A DNA stretch of 64,000 nucleotides from Planctomycetota bacterium (GTDB lineage Bacteria; Planctomycetota; UBA1135; UBA2386): assembly GCA_046290465.1 (NCBI GenBank), contig JBKAGP010000001.1, positions 3,360,001 to 3,424,000 on the forward strand. Direction: 5' to 3'. Both the position numbers and the translations under genes were made by a program. The first letter of the stretch is position 1. The number at the start of each line of letters is the position of its first letter. This document shows, one piece after another, positions 41,139 to 50,900 of the stretch. Under the pieces are notes generated by a model. It did no database searches, was not told where the DNA came from, and saw nothing but the letters and a program-made list of their open reading frames with translations.

Positions 41139-42830
41139 ATGCGATGTGCAGCGTTGTCGGCGGTCCTGATGGCGGCTGGGGCCGTGGCCCAGTCGGCGCC
41201 CAATGCGGCGAGCGTCACCGAGCCCGGGCGCACGCTGGCGCGGCCGCTCGACATCGTGCTCGGCGGGCGCACCCGACGCCCCGAAGAACGCACCATCGTG
41301 CTGCTGCTCGATCCCTCCCAGGGCCTGCAGCAGGCCGGCTTCGTCGCGGCGCTCGACAAGGCGATCGCGGACAACCGGGCGACCCTGGCCAAGACCCGCC
41401 TCGGCCTGTGCCTGACCGGCGAGCACGGCGGCACGGTGGTCGCGCCGACCTTGCAGTTCGACGAAGTGGTGCGCGCGGCCAAGGCGGCGCTGCGAACCCC
41501 GACCGGCGAGTTCCGCAACCTCTACGCCGGCGCGCGCGAGGCGGTGTCGGCGTTCAAGGGCAGCAAGGGCGAACGCACACTGCTGCTGGTCGCGCTCGAG
41601 AACGCGGACGTCGAGGACGACGTCGCGCAGACCGCCTCGCTGCTGAAGAAGGCCGACGTCACGCTGGTCGCCCTGACCAGCGAAGCGACGCTGGCCGACA
41701 GCTACTGGGCCGGCCGCCCCAACCAGCGGCGGCCGCGCAAGACCGAACTGACCGGCCCCGACGGCGCCGTCGTCGACCTGCCGTGGGGCTGGCTGTTCCA
41801 GTCCGTGCCGGCCAACGAGACCACGCCCGCCGGCTACGCGATGTGGGGCCTCAACCACCTCGCCGCGGCGACCGAGGGCCGCGTGTTCCTGCACGCATCG
41901 AGCCAGCAGACCCGCCACCAGTGCGGCGGCGTGCGCACGACGTGCCTGTTCTGCAGCGGCGATCACGAGCATCCCGACGACAGCTGGAACATGGCGCTGG
42001 TCGCACAGCTGTCGCCGTCGGTGTCGTCGCGCGACGACACGATGAAGGAGCTCGGTCGCGACCCGGTGTTCCGCGCGATGATCGACACGTGGCGCGCCGC
42101 CGCGCGCGCCGGCCTGGTGCGCAGCGAACCGCCGATCAAGATCAGCTCCACGTCGGCGTCACCCGACCGCGCCCGCAGCGGCCGCGACCTCGGCCTGCTG
42201 GCGCGCGCCGGCTTCAAGCGCAACGCCAAGAAGGCGCGGCAGGCCGCCAAGAAGGCCCAGCAGCTGCGCGACGCGCTGGCCGACCGGCTGGCGACGCTCG
42301 GCAAGGACGCCGGTTCGATGCGCTCGCGCGCCGCCGCGAGCTACACCGTCGTGATGCTGCAGGTCACGCGCGTCAACCTGCTGACCTACGCGGCCTGGTG
42401 CGAACAGGACGCGCCCGCGCTGTTCGACGGCGACCTCGAACCACAACCGCCGGAGGTGCCGCGCGTCGACCCCGACCGCCGCCCGGTCGGCATCGGCTTC
42501 TCCAACTTCGCGCTGTGCCACGGCGTCGAGCCGTTCTACGGCGTCGAACTGCCGGGCGCACGGGAGCTGCGCCCCGAACTCGAACGGCTCGACGCGATGT
42601 TCCGCGGCTACCAGCTGCGCTACGGCAAGAGCCAGTTCGGCTACGCGCTGCGTCGCAACGGCATCGCGCAGTTCTGGCCGACGTTCCCGGGCATCGCCGG
42701 CAACGTGAAGCGGCGGCGGCCCAAGAGCAACAACGACCAGAAGGGCCCGATCACCGAGCGCCGCCCGACGCGCAGCGGCGGCGGCAGCGCCGGCGGCGCG
42801 GGCGGCCCGACCACCGGCGGAGGTCGCTAG
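41139..42830 (+). CDS. Secreted hypothetical protein with a vWA-like N-terminal domain
   Basis: IVLLLDPSQGL resembles a degenerate MIDAS strand; signal peptide. Confidence 0.6.
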   Translation: MRCAALSAVLMAAGAVAQSAPNAASVTEPGRTLARPLDIVLGGRTRRPEERTIVLLLDPSQGLQQAGFVAALDKAIADNRATLAKTRLGLCLTGEHGGTVVAPTLQFDEVVRAAKAALRTPTGEFRNLYAGAREAVSAFKGSKGERTLLLVALENADVEDDVAQTASLLKKADVTLVALTSEATLADSYWAGRPNQRRPRKTELTGPDGAVVDLPWGWLFQSVPANETTPAGYAMWGLNHLAAATEGRVFLHASSQQTRHQCGGVRTTCLFCSGDHEHPDDSWNMALVAQLSPSVSSRDDTMKELGRDPVFRAMIDTWRAAARAGLVRSEPPIKISSTSASPDRARSGRDLGLLARAGFKRNAKKARQAAKKAQQLRDALADRLATLGKDAGSMRSRAAASYTVVMLQVTRVNLLTYAAWCEQDAPALFDGDLEPQPPEVPRVDPDRRPVGIGFSNFALCHGVEPFYGVELPGARELRPELERLDAMFRGYQLRYGKSQFGYALRRNGIAQFWPTFPGIAGNVKRRRPKSNNDQKGPITERRPTRSGGGSAGGAGGPTTGGGR

Positions 42831-42914
42831 TGGGCAAAGCCCCCGTCCGCACGCGTACACGCCGCTTCCGCGATCACGGTCGGCAGCGCGTCCACTACAT
42901 GGACGCGCTCCTAG
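42827..42914. mobile_element. CTAG-flanked ~88-bp dispersed repeat (MITE-like), copy 2, inverted
   Basis: Reverse complement of 21960-22046 with about 3 differences; CTAG at both ends. Confidence 0.75.
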
Positions 42915-42916
42915 GC

Positions 42917-44218
42917 ATGCGCGTTCGCCTTCCTGCCCTGCTCGCGGCGTTCGCTTCGATCGCTGCGGCCCAGGACCTGCCGCGCCTGGTCGACGACCTC
43001 GGCGCCGACGACGGCCGCGTCCGCCAGCGCGCCTACCAGGAGCTGCAGCGCCGCAAGGACCCGGCGATCGCCACGCTGCTCGCAGGCAGGATCGAGACGT
43101 TCCCGCGCGGCGGCCAGCAGTTCGCGATCTACCTGCTGCGACAGCTGCCGATCGACGCGACCCGCAAGCTCTACCGCGACCTCGCGGCCGAGGGGCCGTG
43201 GTTCCTGCGGGTCGCGGCCGCCGCCGAACTGGCCCGCAAGCAGCAGAAGGGTGCCGCGCAGCGCCTGGTCACCGTGCTGGCCGAGGTCCCCGAGCGCGAC
43301 CGCGTCAGCTGCACCAACCATCTCTACGGGCTGCACGACGCCGACGTGCACGAAGCCCTGTTTGGCTGGCTGCACGCGCGCGCCGAGGCCGCGGTCATCC
43401 GCGCGACGCTGCTGCACCTCGAACGGCAGGGCCGCACCGACGCGCAGCGAATGCAGGCCGCTGTCGAACCGCTGGCCGCACACGCCGACGTCGGCGCCAA
43501 GGTCGCGGCGCTCGCGTGGCTCGCGCGCGTCGATCGCGCGCGCGCCGACGAACTCGCCGGCCTGCTGCAGGAAGACCCGAAGCGATTCTGGCCGGTGCGC
43601 GATCTGCTCGACACCGATCGGCCGCTCGGCGACGCGCTGGTCGAAGCGATCGGCACCGCGCTGCGCGAGCCGCGCAGCAGGTTCGACGTGACTCGCACCG
43701 CGCAGCTGCTGCAGCGGCAGTCCGCCGGCAAGGCCGCGGAGCCGCTGCGGGCCCTGCGCGAGCACGACAAGGAGGACATCCGCGCGGCCGCGCTCGAGGC
43801 GCTGGCAGCGATCCCCGGCGCGCTGCGCGAGCAGGACCTGCAGGCGATGCTGCGCGGCGACGACCTCGCGTCGGTGCTGGTCGCCGCCGACCAGCTGCGC
43901 CGCCGCGACGACGTGTCGGGGCTCGCCGTCGTGCTCGACAAGGTCGGAGCGGCCGGCAAGCACCGCGCCGAGGCCGCCAGGGTGCTCGGCAACTTCCGCG
44001 ACCGTCGCGTCGCCGAGCCGCTGCTCGACATGCTCGACGACGCCAACGTGCAGGTGCGCCGCAACGCCTGGAACGGCCTGCAGCAGGTGATGCGCGGGCT
44101 GTTCCCGTACCGGCGGTTCGACTTCGTCAACGGCAGCTATCGACCCGACGGCGGCAACCGCGCCGGCGGCATCGCGGAGCTGCGCCGCTGGTGGGACGCG
44201 GCCAGCAAGGGCCAGTAA
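42917..44218 (+). CDS. Secreted HEAT-repeat protein
   Basis: Repeated VR..A...L helical motifs (EDIRAAALEAL, LLDMLDDANVQVRRNA). Confidence 0.8.
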   Translation: MRVRLPALLAAFASIAAAQDLPRLVDDLGADDGRVRQRAYQELQRRKDPAIATLLAGRIETFPRGGQQFAIYLLRQLPIDATRKLYRDLAAEGPWFLRVAAAAELARKQQKGAAQRLVTVLAEVPERDRVSCTNHLYGLHDADVHEALFGWLHARAEAAVIRATLLHLERQGRTDAQRMQAAVEPLAAHADVGAKVAALAWLARVDRARADELAGLLQEDPKRFWPVRDLLDTDRPLGDALVEAIGTALREPRSRFDVTRTAQLLQRQSAGKAAEPLRALREHDKEDIRAAALEALAAIPGALREQDLQAMLRGDDLASVLVAADQLRRRDDVSGLAVVLDKVGAAGKHRAEAARVLGNFRDRRVAEPLLDMLDDANVQVRRNAWNGLQQVMRGLFPYRRFDFVNGSYRPDGGNRAGGIAELRRWWDAASKGQ

Positions 44219-44268
44219 GGCAAGGGCCAACCCAGCAGGGGCCAGCAAGGGATCGTAGGCCGGCCGCG

Positions 44269-45330
44269 CTAGTAGAGCTCCACCGACCCCACCGACCCGA
44301 GCGCCTGCTTCCACTTGACCTCGCCCTTGGGGCCGAGGCGGATCAGCCCGCCAGAGCCACCGACCAGCAGGTCCCCATCGGGCAGCATGCGCGCCACGTA
44401 GGCGCCGAACGGCAGCTTGTGCTCGCGCACGACCCTCTCCTCCGGCGTGACGATCAGGACCTGGTCGCCCCACGTCGCGATCAGCGTATTGCCGTCGGGC
44501 AGTCGCACGGCGCTCATCGCCGACGGGCACTCGTACTTCCACACCTCCTTGCCGGCGCGGTCGACCTCGACGACATAGCCCCTCAGATCGGCGACCAGCG
44601 TGTTGCCGCCGGGCAGACGGTTGGCGTTGTAGGAGTCGGGCGACTTGTGCTCCCAGACGGTCTTGCCGGCGCGGTCGATCTCGCGCACCACGCCCTTGCC
44701 CATGTCGGCGATCAGCAGGTTGCCGTCCGCCAGCACGTCGACGTCCATCGGCGAACCGAGCCCTTCGTGCTTCCAAACGACCTTGCCGTCGGCATCCAGC
44801 TCGCGAACGTCGTGCTCACCCCAGTTGGTCGTCAACAGGTTGCCGCCGGGCAGGCGCTCGCAGTCGAACACCTTCTTGCGCAGCTCGATCGGCTTGCCGC
44901 GCAGCTCGCCAGTCTCGATGTCGACCGCCTGCGCGTGGCCGCGGTCGGCACACGCGACCAGCGCGATGCCTTCCCGTTCGCCCACGGCGCGCAGCGCCCA
45001 CCTGGCCGCAAACGCACATCGCTCGTCGTCACTGCCCGCGACCCGCTCGAGCGCCGGACGCGCCGCGGCGGCCGCCGGCCCGAGCTCGTGCAGGATCTCG
45101 GCGACGGTGCGCACGATCTCCGGCCGCGGATCCCGCATCGCCCGGGCGAGGTCGGGCACACCGGCCTCGCCGAGACGCAGCAATTCGCGGATCGCGTGCT
45201 GCCGCTTGTCCGGCAGCTCCAGGTACTTGACCAGGCGCCCCGCGCGCACGGGTTCTGCGGTCTCGGCCTGCGCCGCGACCGCCGCACCGAGCGACAGCAT
45301 CGCCACCAGCCACGTCTTGATGTCGTTCAT
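44269..45330 (-). CDS. HEAT-repeat plus PQQ-like beta-propeller protein
   Basis: Repeats of RLPDGNTLI...V.E.D..GK.VW. Confidence 0.85.
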   Translation of the reverse strand: MNDIKTWLVAMLSLGAAVAAQAETAEPVRAGRLVKYLELPDKRQHAIRELLRLGEAGVPDLARAMRDPRPEIVRTVAEILHELGPAAAAARPALERVAGSDDERCAFAARWALRAVGEREGIALVACADRGHAQAVDIETGELRGKPIELRKKVFDCERLPGGNLLTTNWGEHDVRELDADGKVVWKHEGLGSPMDVDVLADGNLLIADMGKGVVREIDRAGKTVWEHKSPDSYNANRLPGGNTLVADLRGYVVEVDRAGKEVWKYECPSAMSAVRLPDGNTLIATWGDQVLIVTPEERVVREHKLPFGAYVARMLPDGDLLVGGSGGLIRLGPKGEVKWKQALGSVGSVELY

Positions 45331-45384
45331 GAAAGCCTCTGAGTCATGGGATCTCTGAGCCCGTAGCCCCACATGCACGCGGGG

Positions 45385-47202
45385 TCACTGCACGACCGTC
45401 GCCGTCGCCGCCGCCACCTGCCAACGCCGCAACGTCGGATCGGCCGCGATCGCGACGCCCTGCACGCCCAGGCCGAGCGGCAGGTCGGGCACCACCACCT
45501 CACGCTCGCCAGCGGCGTCGAGCGTGCCGAAGAACAGCGGGTGGCCGGTCGCGAGCTGCGCCTGCAGCTGCGCCAGCGGCACGTCTAGGCCGAAGAACCA
45601 CCCGTCGGGGAACGCGCCCGGCGCAAGCGTGAACGCCGATACGAACCAGTCGCCCGGCACACCGCGCCGACGGCGCACGCGCAGGGTGCCCGGCGCGAGG
45701 CCTGGATCGAGCCGCAGCGCGAACGCGCCGGGAACGTCCGCGTGCACCGCGTCGGCGCGCGCGCCGCGCATGTAGGCATTGCTCGCGAACGACTCGTGGT
45801 AGCCGATCCCGAACGCACCGTCCGGGTGCGTCGTGTCGTGGACCTGCAGCAGCCGTTCGCCGTTCAGGTAGAACGTCAACTCGCTGCCGCGCGCCTCGAC
45901 GCGGAACCGCCGCCACGCCGATCCCGGCAACAGCCGCGGCTGCGGCAACAGGTCGGTCAGCACCCCGCCGGCCGCGCGCAGGCAGCGCAGGCGGCCGTCG
46001 TGCGAGTCCCAGGTCAGCGCGTAGCACTGCCCGTGCTGGCTCAGCGTGCCGTCGAACGCGCCGGCCGCGCGGTCGCGCACGAACAACCCGATCCGTTCGA
46101 AGCCGTTGCCCGCCAGCTGCGGGCGATGCTCGCAATAGAGATCCGCCTGCACCGCGACGTCGCGCACCGCACCGGGCTCGAGCCGCACCGAGTCGGTGCC
46201 GCCCGCCGGATCCATCACGCGCAGCACGGTCAGGTCGCCGCTCGGCGTCGGCGCCGGCGCCACCACCACGTCCGGGGTCGTGAACTTCGGCAGCCAGGTG
46301 ACCTCGGGCCCCGACGCCGGGAACGCGTCGATCACCGGGAACGACTCGAAGCCGGCCGTCGGGTAGCGCCAGCTCGCGAACGCGCCCTCGTCGCTGAGCA
46401 GCGGATGCAGCACCGGATCGGCGAGCACCGCGTCGATCGTCGTCGCCACCCCGTCGACCAGGCAACGCCGCGCGACCAGCCGCGCCCCGTGGCTGTAGTC
46501 GACGTAGCTCGCGCCGTGCACCTTGGACAGCGGCTGGATCGCCTGCCCGCTCGGGTAGTGCCAACCGTAGATGCAGACGCGCTGCGGCCAGCTCGCGATC
46601 AGCGACGACGCGACCACGTCCTTCTTGATGCCGGCGACCAGCCAGTCCTGCGGCGCGCCCTGCCGCTGGCTCTCGATCTGCTGGTGATGCTGGTGGAACA
46701 GCGAGACCGACTGGATGTTGTACTGCGTCGGGCTGAACGGGAACGGCTGCAGCTGCAGCTGTGCCTGCTGCCAGATCGCGTCCGACATGCGGCGCGTCGG
46801 CAGCGTGCATTCGAGCCGGTCGGCGAGCTGCTGCGCCAGCCCGGGCGTCATCGGCATGCGGAACCAGTCCTGGTCGTCGCCGACGCCGAAGTGGTCGTTG
46901 GTGCACCAGAACGTCGCGGTGCGCAGCTGGCCCGCGATCACCGCTTGCGTCGTGATCGGCACCAGTTCGCGCAAGAACGACGGCACGTTGCCCGCCGCGA
47001 GTTCGTGCCAGACGCGCTGTTCGCGTTCGGCGGTCGACAGGTTGACCAGCGTCGGCAACAGCTGGCTGCCGGTGCGCGCACTGGCGGCGCGCGGCGGCAG
47101 CGACAGCGTCGGTTCTGCCTGCCCGGGACTGACGGCACAGCCGGCGAGCAGCACCGAGGCGGCGGCGACGAAGCGCAGGGCGCGGAGATCCGGAGCGGGC
47201 AT
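45385..47202 (-). CDS. Lipoprotein with an uncharacterised conserved N-domain and a LamG/DUF1080-like C-domain
   Basis: LLAGC lipobox; GNVPSFLR, RMPMTP, KKDVV, IYGWH, YVDYSHG motifs; W.RFRVEARG..LTFYLNG. Confidence 0.7.
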   Translation of the reverse strand: MPAPDLRALRFVAAASVLLAGCAVSPGQAEPTLSLPPRAASARTGSQLLPTLVNLSTAEREQRVWHELAAGNVPSFLRELVPITTQAVIAGQLRTATFWCTNDHFGVGDDQDWFRMPMTPGLAQQLADRLECTLPTRRMSDAIWQQAQLQLQPFPFSPTQYNIQSVSLFHQHHQQIESQRQGAPQDWLVAGIKKDVVASSLIASWPQRVCIYGWHYPSGQAIQPLSKVHGASYVDYSHGARLVARRCLVDGVATTIDAVLADPVLHPLLSDEGAFASWRYPTAGFESFPVIDAFPASGPEVTWLPKFTTPDVVVAPAPTPSGDLTVLRVMDPAGGTDSVRLEPGAVRDVAVQADLYCEHRPQLAGNGFERIGLFVRDRAAGAFDGTLSQHGQCYALTWDSHDGRLRCLRAAGGVLTDLLPQPRLLPGSAWRRFRVEARGSELTFYLNGERLLQVHDTTHPDGAFGIGYHESFASNAYMRGARADAVHADVPGAFALRLDPGLAPGTLRVRRRRGVPGDWFVSAFTLAPGAFPDGWFFGLDVPLAQLQAQLATGHPLFFGTLDAAGEREVVVPDLPLGLGVQGVAIAADPTLRRWQVAAATATVVQ

Positions 47203-47290
47203 GGTCCGAGAGGATATCCAACGCCCCACAGAACGGCTCGCCGGCGACCGGCCATGCCCAGGCGGGCCACCCCCTTGACGCAAATGGGAC

Positions 47291-47859
47291 GTGGCGGAGC
47301 ATGCATCGCCCCGCCAGCATCGACACCCGGCCCGCCACAGCAACGTCGGCGACGACGGCACGATCGAGTTCTCCGGGACGTTTGCCGGCGCCGGCAGCGT
47401 GCCGCTGACGCTCGGCACCACCTCGGTCCCGATCCGCGTGCGCCTCACCGGCCAGCACGCAGCGACGCAGGGCAACCACGTCGCTTCGGACAGCATCCGG
47501 CTGTCGGTGACGCCACAGAACTTCCTCGCGATCCAGCCGGCGGCCTACGGTTGCGAGACGGCCAGCGCGTCGCCCTGCCGGCGTTCCCGCAGAGCGGCGT
47601 GCTGTTCGGCGTCGGCGTGGCGTCGGGCCCCGCGGTCGCGGTCTACGGCCTCGGTGTGCAGCCGACGCTGCTGCCCAACAGCGGTGCGCTGCAGCCGTGC
47701 CTGCTGGTGCCGAGCCCCGACCTGGTGGTGCTGATCCCGCCGAACGGCCACCTGCTCGGTCTGCCGGCCGCGGTGCGCCCGATCACGGTCTACGTGCAGG
47801 GTGTGGTGCTGCTGCCGACCGGGCTGGGCACCAGCAACGGCTTCGTCGTGCAGGGATAG
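47291..47859 (+). pseudogene. Frameshifted, probably 5'-truncated secreted-protein gene remnant
   Basis: Protein-like text switches frame near 47560 (...QPAAYGC / LPAFPQSGV...YVQGVVLLPTGLGTSNGF). Confidence 0.55.
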
Positions 47860-47883
47860 GACGGCCGTCGACGGCCGCCCGCG

Positions 47884-48777
47884 CTACGGCGTCGCCGCAG
47901 CCAGCAGCCAGACCGAGATCGAACGGCGGTCGTCGTGTGGATGCACGCCGACCAGACCGACGAAGCCGCCGCAGGTGCGGTAGGGCGGCGTCGACGGCAC
48001 GACGACCATCGCGCAGCGCAGGCTGAGCTGGTCGTTGATCAGCAGGTCGACCGGGAACGAGTAGGCGTCGAGGCCCGCGGGCCCGGTCGCCGGCCGGCAC
48101 TGGTCCAACACCGCCCGCTTCTTGAGGTGCACCCCGCCGACGAGTTCCCAGACCGGCGGCACCGCTGCGACGCTCTGCACCAGCGCGAGCAGTTCGTCCG
48201 ACTCCTGCACGACGCCGAGGATGCTCGCCATCGCGAAGCGCGCCTTGGCGCTCGGGGACGACGAGTAGCCGACGAACGAGGCGAGCATGCCGCGCTTCTC
48301 GGGCTCGGCCGGCGGCTCGGCCCCCTCGTGCTCGAGCCGGCAGCCCTCGAACGCACCGTGCAGCAGCGACGGCGACGCGCGCACCGACTCCGAGCCGATG
48401 CGCCGGCCATCGGCGGCGAAGGTCACCAGCTCGAGCGACACGGACGCAGCGCGTTCCGTCGACTCGTCCACGACCGCGCGCACCAGCAGGAACCGGTCCT
48501 CGACCTCGTCGCCGCGCCGGGTCCGGACCCCGAACAACGCACGGTCGCCGGCCCGCATGTGTTCGCGGTCGCCGGCGGCGGGGAAGCCCTGCAGGATCCC
48601 GTCGGCGACCGGCCACTCGGCAGCCAGGGCCGCCAGGTCGACCACCTCGGGCGTCGCGGCCGCCGGCGCCGTGCCGGCGCACCCCGCCAGGATCGCGAGG
48701 CCCAGGACCGCGACGCAGCGCTTCGCGCGCGTCCATACGTAGGAATCCCGCGCGCCGTTCCCTTCTACACACTGCAT
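47884..48777 (-). CDS. Hypothetical lipoprotein
   Basis: ILAGC lipobox; last gene of the minus-strand cluster. Confidence 0.65.
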   Translation of the reverse strand: MQCVEGNGARDSYVWTRAKRCVAVLGLAILAGCAGTAPAAATPEVVDLAALAAEWPVADGILQGFPAAGDREHMRAGDRALFGVRTRRGDEVEDRFLLVRAVVDESTERAASVSLELVTFAADGRRIGSESVRASPSLLHGAFEGCRLEHEGAEPPAEPEKRGMLASFVGYSSSPSAKARFAMASILGVVQESDELLALVQSVAAVPPVWELVGGVHLKKRAVLDQCRPATGPAGLDAYSFPVDLLINDQLSLRCAMVVVPSTPPYRTCGGFVGLVGVHPHDDRRSISVWLLAAATP

Positions 48778-48829
48778 ACCGACACCCTACATCGGACCTG
48801 ATACATGCACCAGCGCGGCCGCGACACGG

Positions 48830-50257
48830 CTACTTGCCGACGCGATCGTTGCCGACACGATCCTTGCCGACAAGGTCTTTGCCGGCCGCGACGCTCGCCG
48901 CGATGCGTGCCAGGATGTCCGCGACCGGCGGCCAGACGCCGACCTCCGGATGCGCGATCACCAGCGACGCGCACAGCGACGCCGCCTTCGTGACGTGCAG
49001 GCCGTCGATGCGCGCCAGCCGCTGCAGCATGCCGCCGACGCCGCCCTCGACGAAGCTGTAGGTCAGCACGTGCGTGCCGACCACGACGCCATCGCGATCG
49101 ACGACGACGACCAGTTCGAGCGAACCGCTCGTGCGCCACGCCGCCGCCGCGAGGTAGGCATCGAACGTGCGCCCCTGCCCGTCGATCAGCGCGAGCGCTG
49201 GCATGCCCGGCTGCGCGGCCCCGCCGGTCGTCGCGATCGAGACCTCGCCGCCGAGGACCTTGCGCGCCGCGCCGAGCACCAGGGTCTGCATCGGCACGAT
49301 CCCGTCGAGCGACCGCGACAAGCGCTGGAAGGCGACGCTGCCGGTCTGCACGGCGATGCGTCGGTCGTCGCCGACCTCGAGATAGTGCGGCAGGCGCAGG
49401 ACCCCAAGCCGCCTGGCGTCCCCGGGCTCGCACAGGCCATAGCACGGCAAACGCTCGAGGCCGCGCGCATCGAGGGCCTCGCGGCACCGCGCCAGCGTCT
49501 CGCGACTGGTCAGCACCACGAGCGCGCCGCCGTCGCGGTGGCGAGCGTCGTCGATGCGCCCCCAGTCGACCATCGAACGCACGCAGTGCTCGCAGTCCGG
49601 CGACATGACGATCGCGGCGCTGCCCGCGCTTAACACGTCGGCCAGCGCACGGCGTCGCCCGTCGACGGCCTCGACCTCGATGGCCGGGATCGGCTGCCCG
49701 GGTCGCAACTCGGAGGAGCGCGCAACCACCATCTGTTCGCCGTCCGGCTCGCCGTGGGCGAGCTTCTCGGCGACCAGCAGGGCTGCCAGCGTGGCGATGC
49801 AGACACCACACAGGTAGCGCCAGCGGAACGCGCCGATGCCGGCCCAGACGACCGCGACGGCAAGGCCGGCGAGCCGCAGCAGCATGGTCCAGAGGTCGTG
49901 CGTGTCGACCATCATCGACACCGGATCGCCGCAACCGCAGTCGTCGAGGAACGCACCGTCGCGCGCGCTGAGGCTGACGGTCCCGGCGAACGCGAGCAGC
50001 AGACCGAGCAGACCGTGAGCGGCGACCGCCCGCGTCCAGCGCAGGCACAGCAGGATGGCGAGCGCGATCTCGAGCGCGCCGAGCCCGAGCATCACCCGGC
50101 CGTACGTCTCGAGGCCCAGCAGCGGTTCGAACAACTGCGGCATCGTCACCTGGTCGTCGAAGAACTTGCTGACGCCCGAGACCACGAAGCTGCCCGCGGC
50201 CACCACGGCGGCGACCAGCCGCGACCAACGGATCCGGCGCGTGCCCGGCTCGTTCAT
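48830..50257 (-). CDS. MauE/DoxX-thioredoxin-like fusion membrane protein (paralog 2)
   Basis: SGVSKF, LEIALA and DCGCG (MauE); SPDCEHC with LGVLRLP cis-Pro loop (Trx/AhpC); start overlaps the exosortase stop (ATGA). Confidence 0.8.
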   Translation of the reverse strand: MNEPGTRRIRWSRLVAAVVAAGSFVVSGVSKFFDDQVTMPQLFEPLLGLETYGRVMLGLGALEIALAILLCLRWTRAVAAHGLLGLLLAFAGTVSLSARDGAFLDDCGCGDPVSMMVDTHDLWTMLLRLAGLAVAVVWAGIGAFRWRYLCGVCIATLAALLVAEKLAHGEPDGEQMVVARSSELRPGQPIPAIEVEAVDGRRRALADVLSAGSAAIVMSPDCEHCVRSMVDWGRIDDARHRDGGALVVLTSRETLARCREALDARGLERLPCYGLCEPGDARRLGVLRLPHYLEVGDDRRIAVQTGSVAFQRLSRSLDGIVPMQTLVLGAARKVLGGEVSIATTGGAAQPGMPALALIDGQGRTFDAYLAAAAWRTSGSLELVVVVDRDGVVVGTHVLTYSFVEGGVGGMLQRLARIDGLHVTKAASLCASLVIAHPEVGVWPPVADILARIAASVAAGKDLVGKDRVGNDRVGK

Positions 50258-50790
50258 GCCGGGGCTCCCGCCGGCTGCGCCGGCTCCGCCGCGCACCGCC
50301 CGTCGACGCGCCGCGCCCACAAGAACGCCGCGGTGAACGTGAACGCCTGCACGAACGGCCAGATCCAGTCGTGCAGCAGCACGAAGGTGTTGATCGAGCC
50401 GTGGCCGTAGGCGACGACCGTTCCGATGCGGGCCATGTTGGCGACCGTCCACGCGGCCGCCAGCACCAGCAGCAGCACCGACCGGAACGTCCACGAGCCG
50501 CGGATCGAGACCGACAGCGCGACCAGGTACGGGATCGCCAGCAGGCCGGCGCACATCGGCTCGACCAGAAAGCGCATGCGCGAGCCCTGCACGGCGATGG
50601 TCACGTCGTGAACGTCGGCCGCCGCGCCGAACAGCCGCGCGAACCACGTGCTGGCCTGCGCGAAGGCGCGGCAGATCGCGTCGACGACGCCGACCTCGGC
50701 CAGCAGCAGCATCGTGACGAAGGCTGCGGCCAGCGACACGACCACGCGGACGGCGAAGGCGCGGCGCTGCTTCGGACTGCGAACGGGCAT
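50254..50790 (-). CDS. Exosortase/archaeosortase-family transpeptidase (short XrtH-like type)
   Basis: Multi-TM; catalytic-triad motifs VEPMCAG (Cys), ANMARI (Arg), LLHDWIW (His). Confidence 0.8.
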   Translation of the reverse strand: MPVRSPKQRRAFAVRVVVSLAAAFVTMLLLAEVGVVDAICRAFAQASTWFARLFGAAADVHDVTIAVQGSRMRFLVEPMCAGLLAIPYLVALSVSIRGSWTFRSVLLLVLAAAWTVANMARIGTVVAYGHGSINTFVLLHDWIWPFVQAFTFTAAFLWARRVDGRCAAEPAQPAGAPA

Positions 50791-50793
50791 GGC

Positions 50794-50857
50794 GGGCGTC
50801 GTTGTGGAGGGGCGTCGTTGTGGAGGAGCGTCGTCTAGAAGGGGCGTCGTCGTGAGC
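50794..50857. repeat. 16-bp degenerate tandem repeat (GGGCGTCGTTGTGGAG, about 4 copies)
   Basis: Seen directly, immediately upstream of the exosortase start. Confidence 0.75.
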
Positions 50858-50900
50858 AGGCTTCGCAGCCAGGAGGCTGGGGACTACCGGAGGTCCACCG

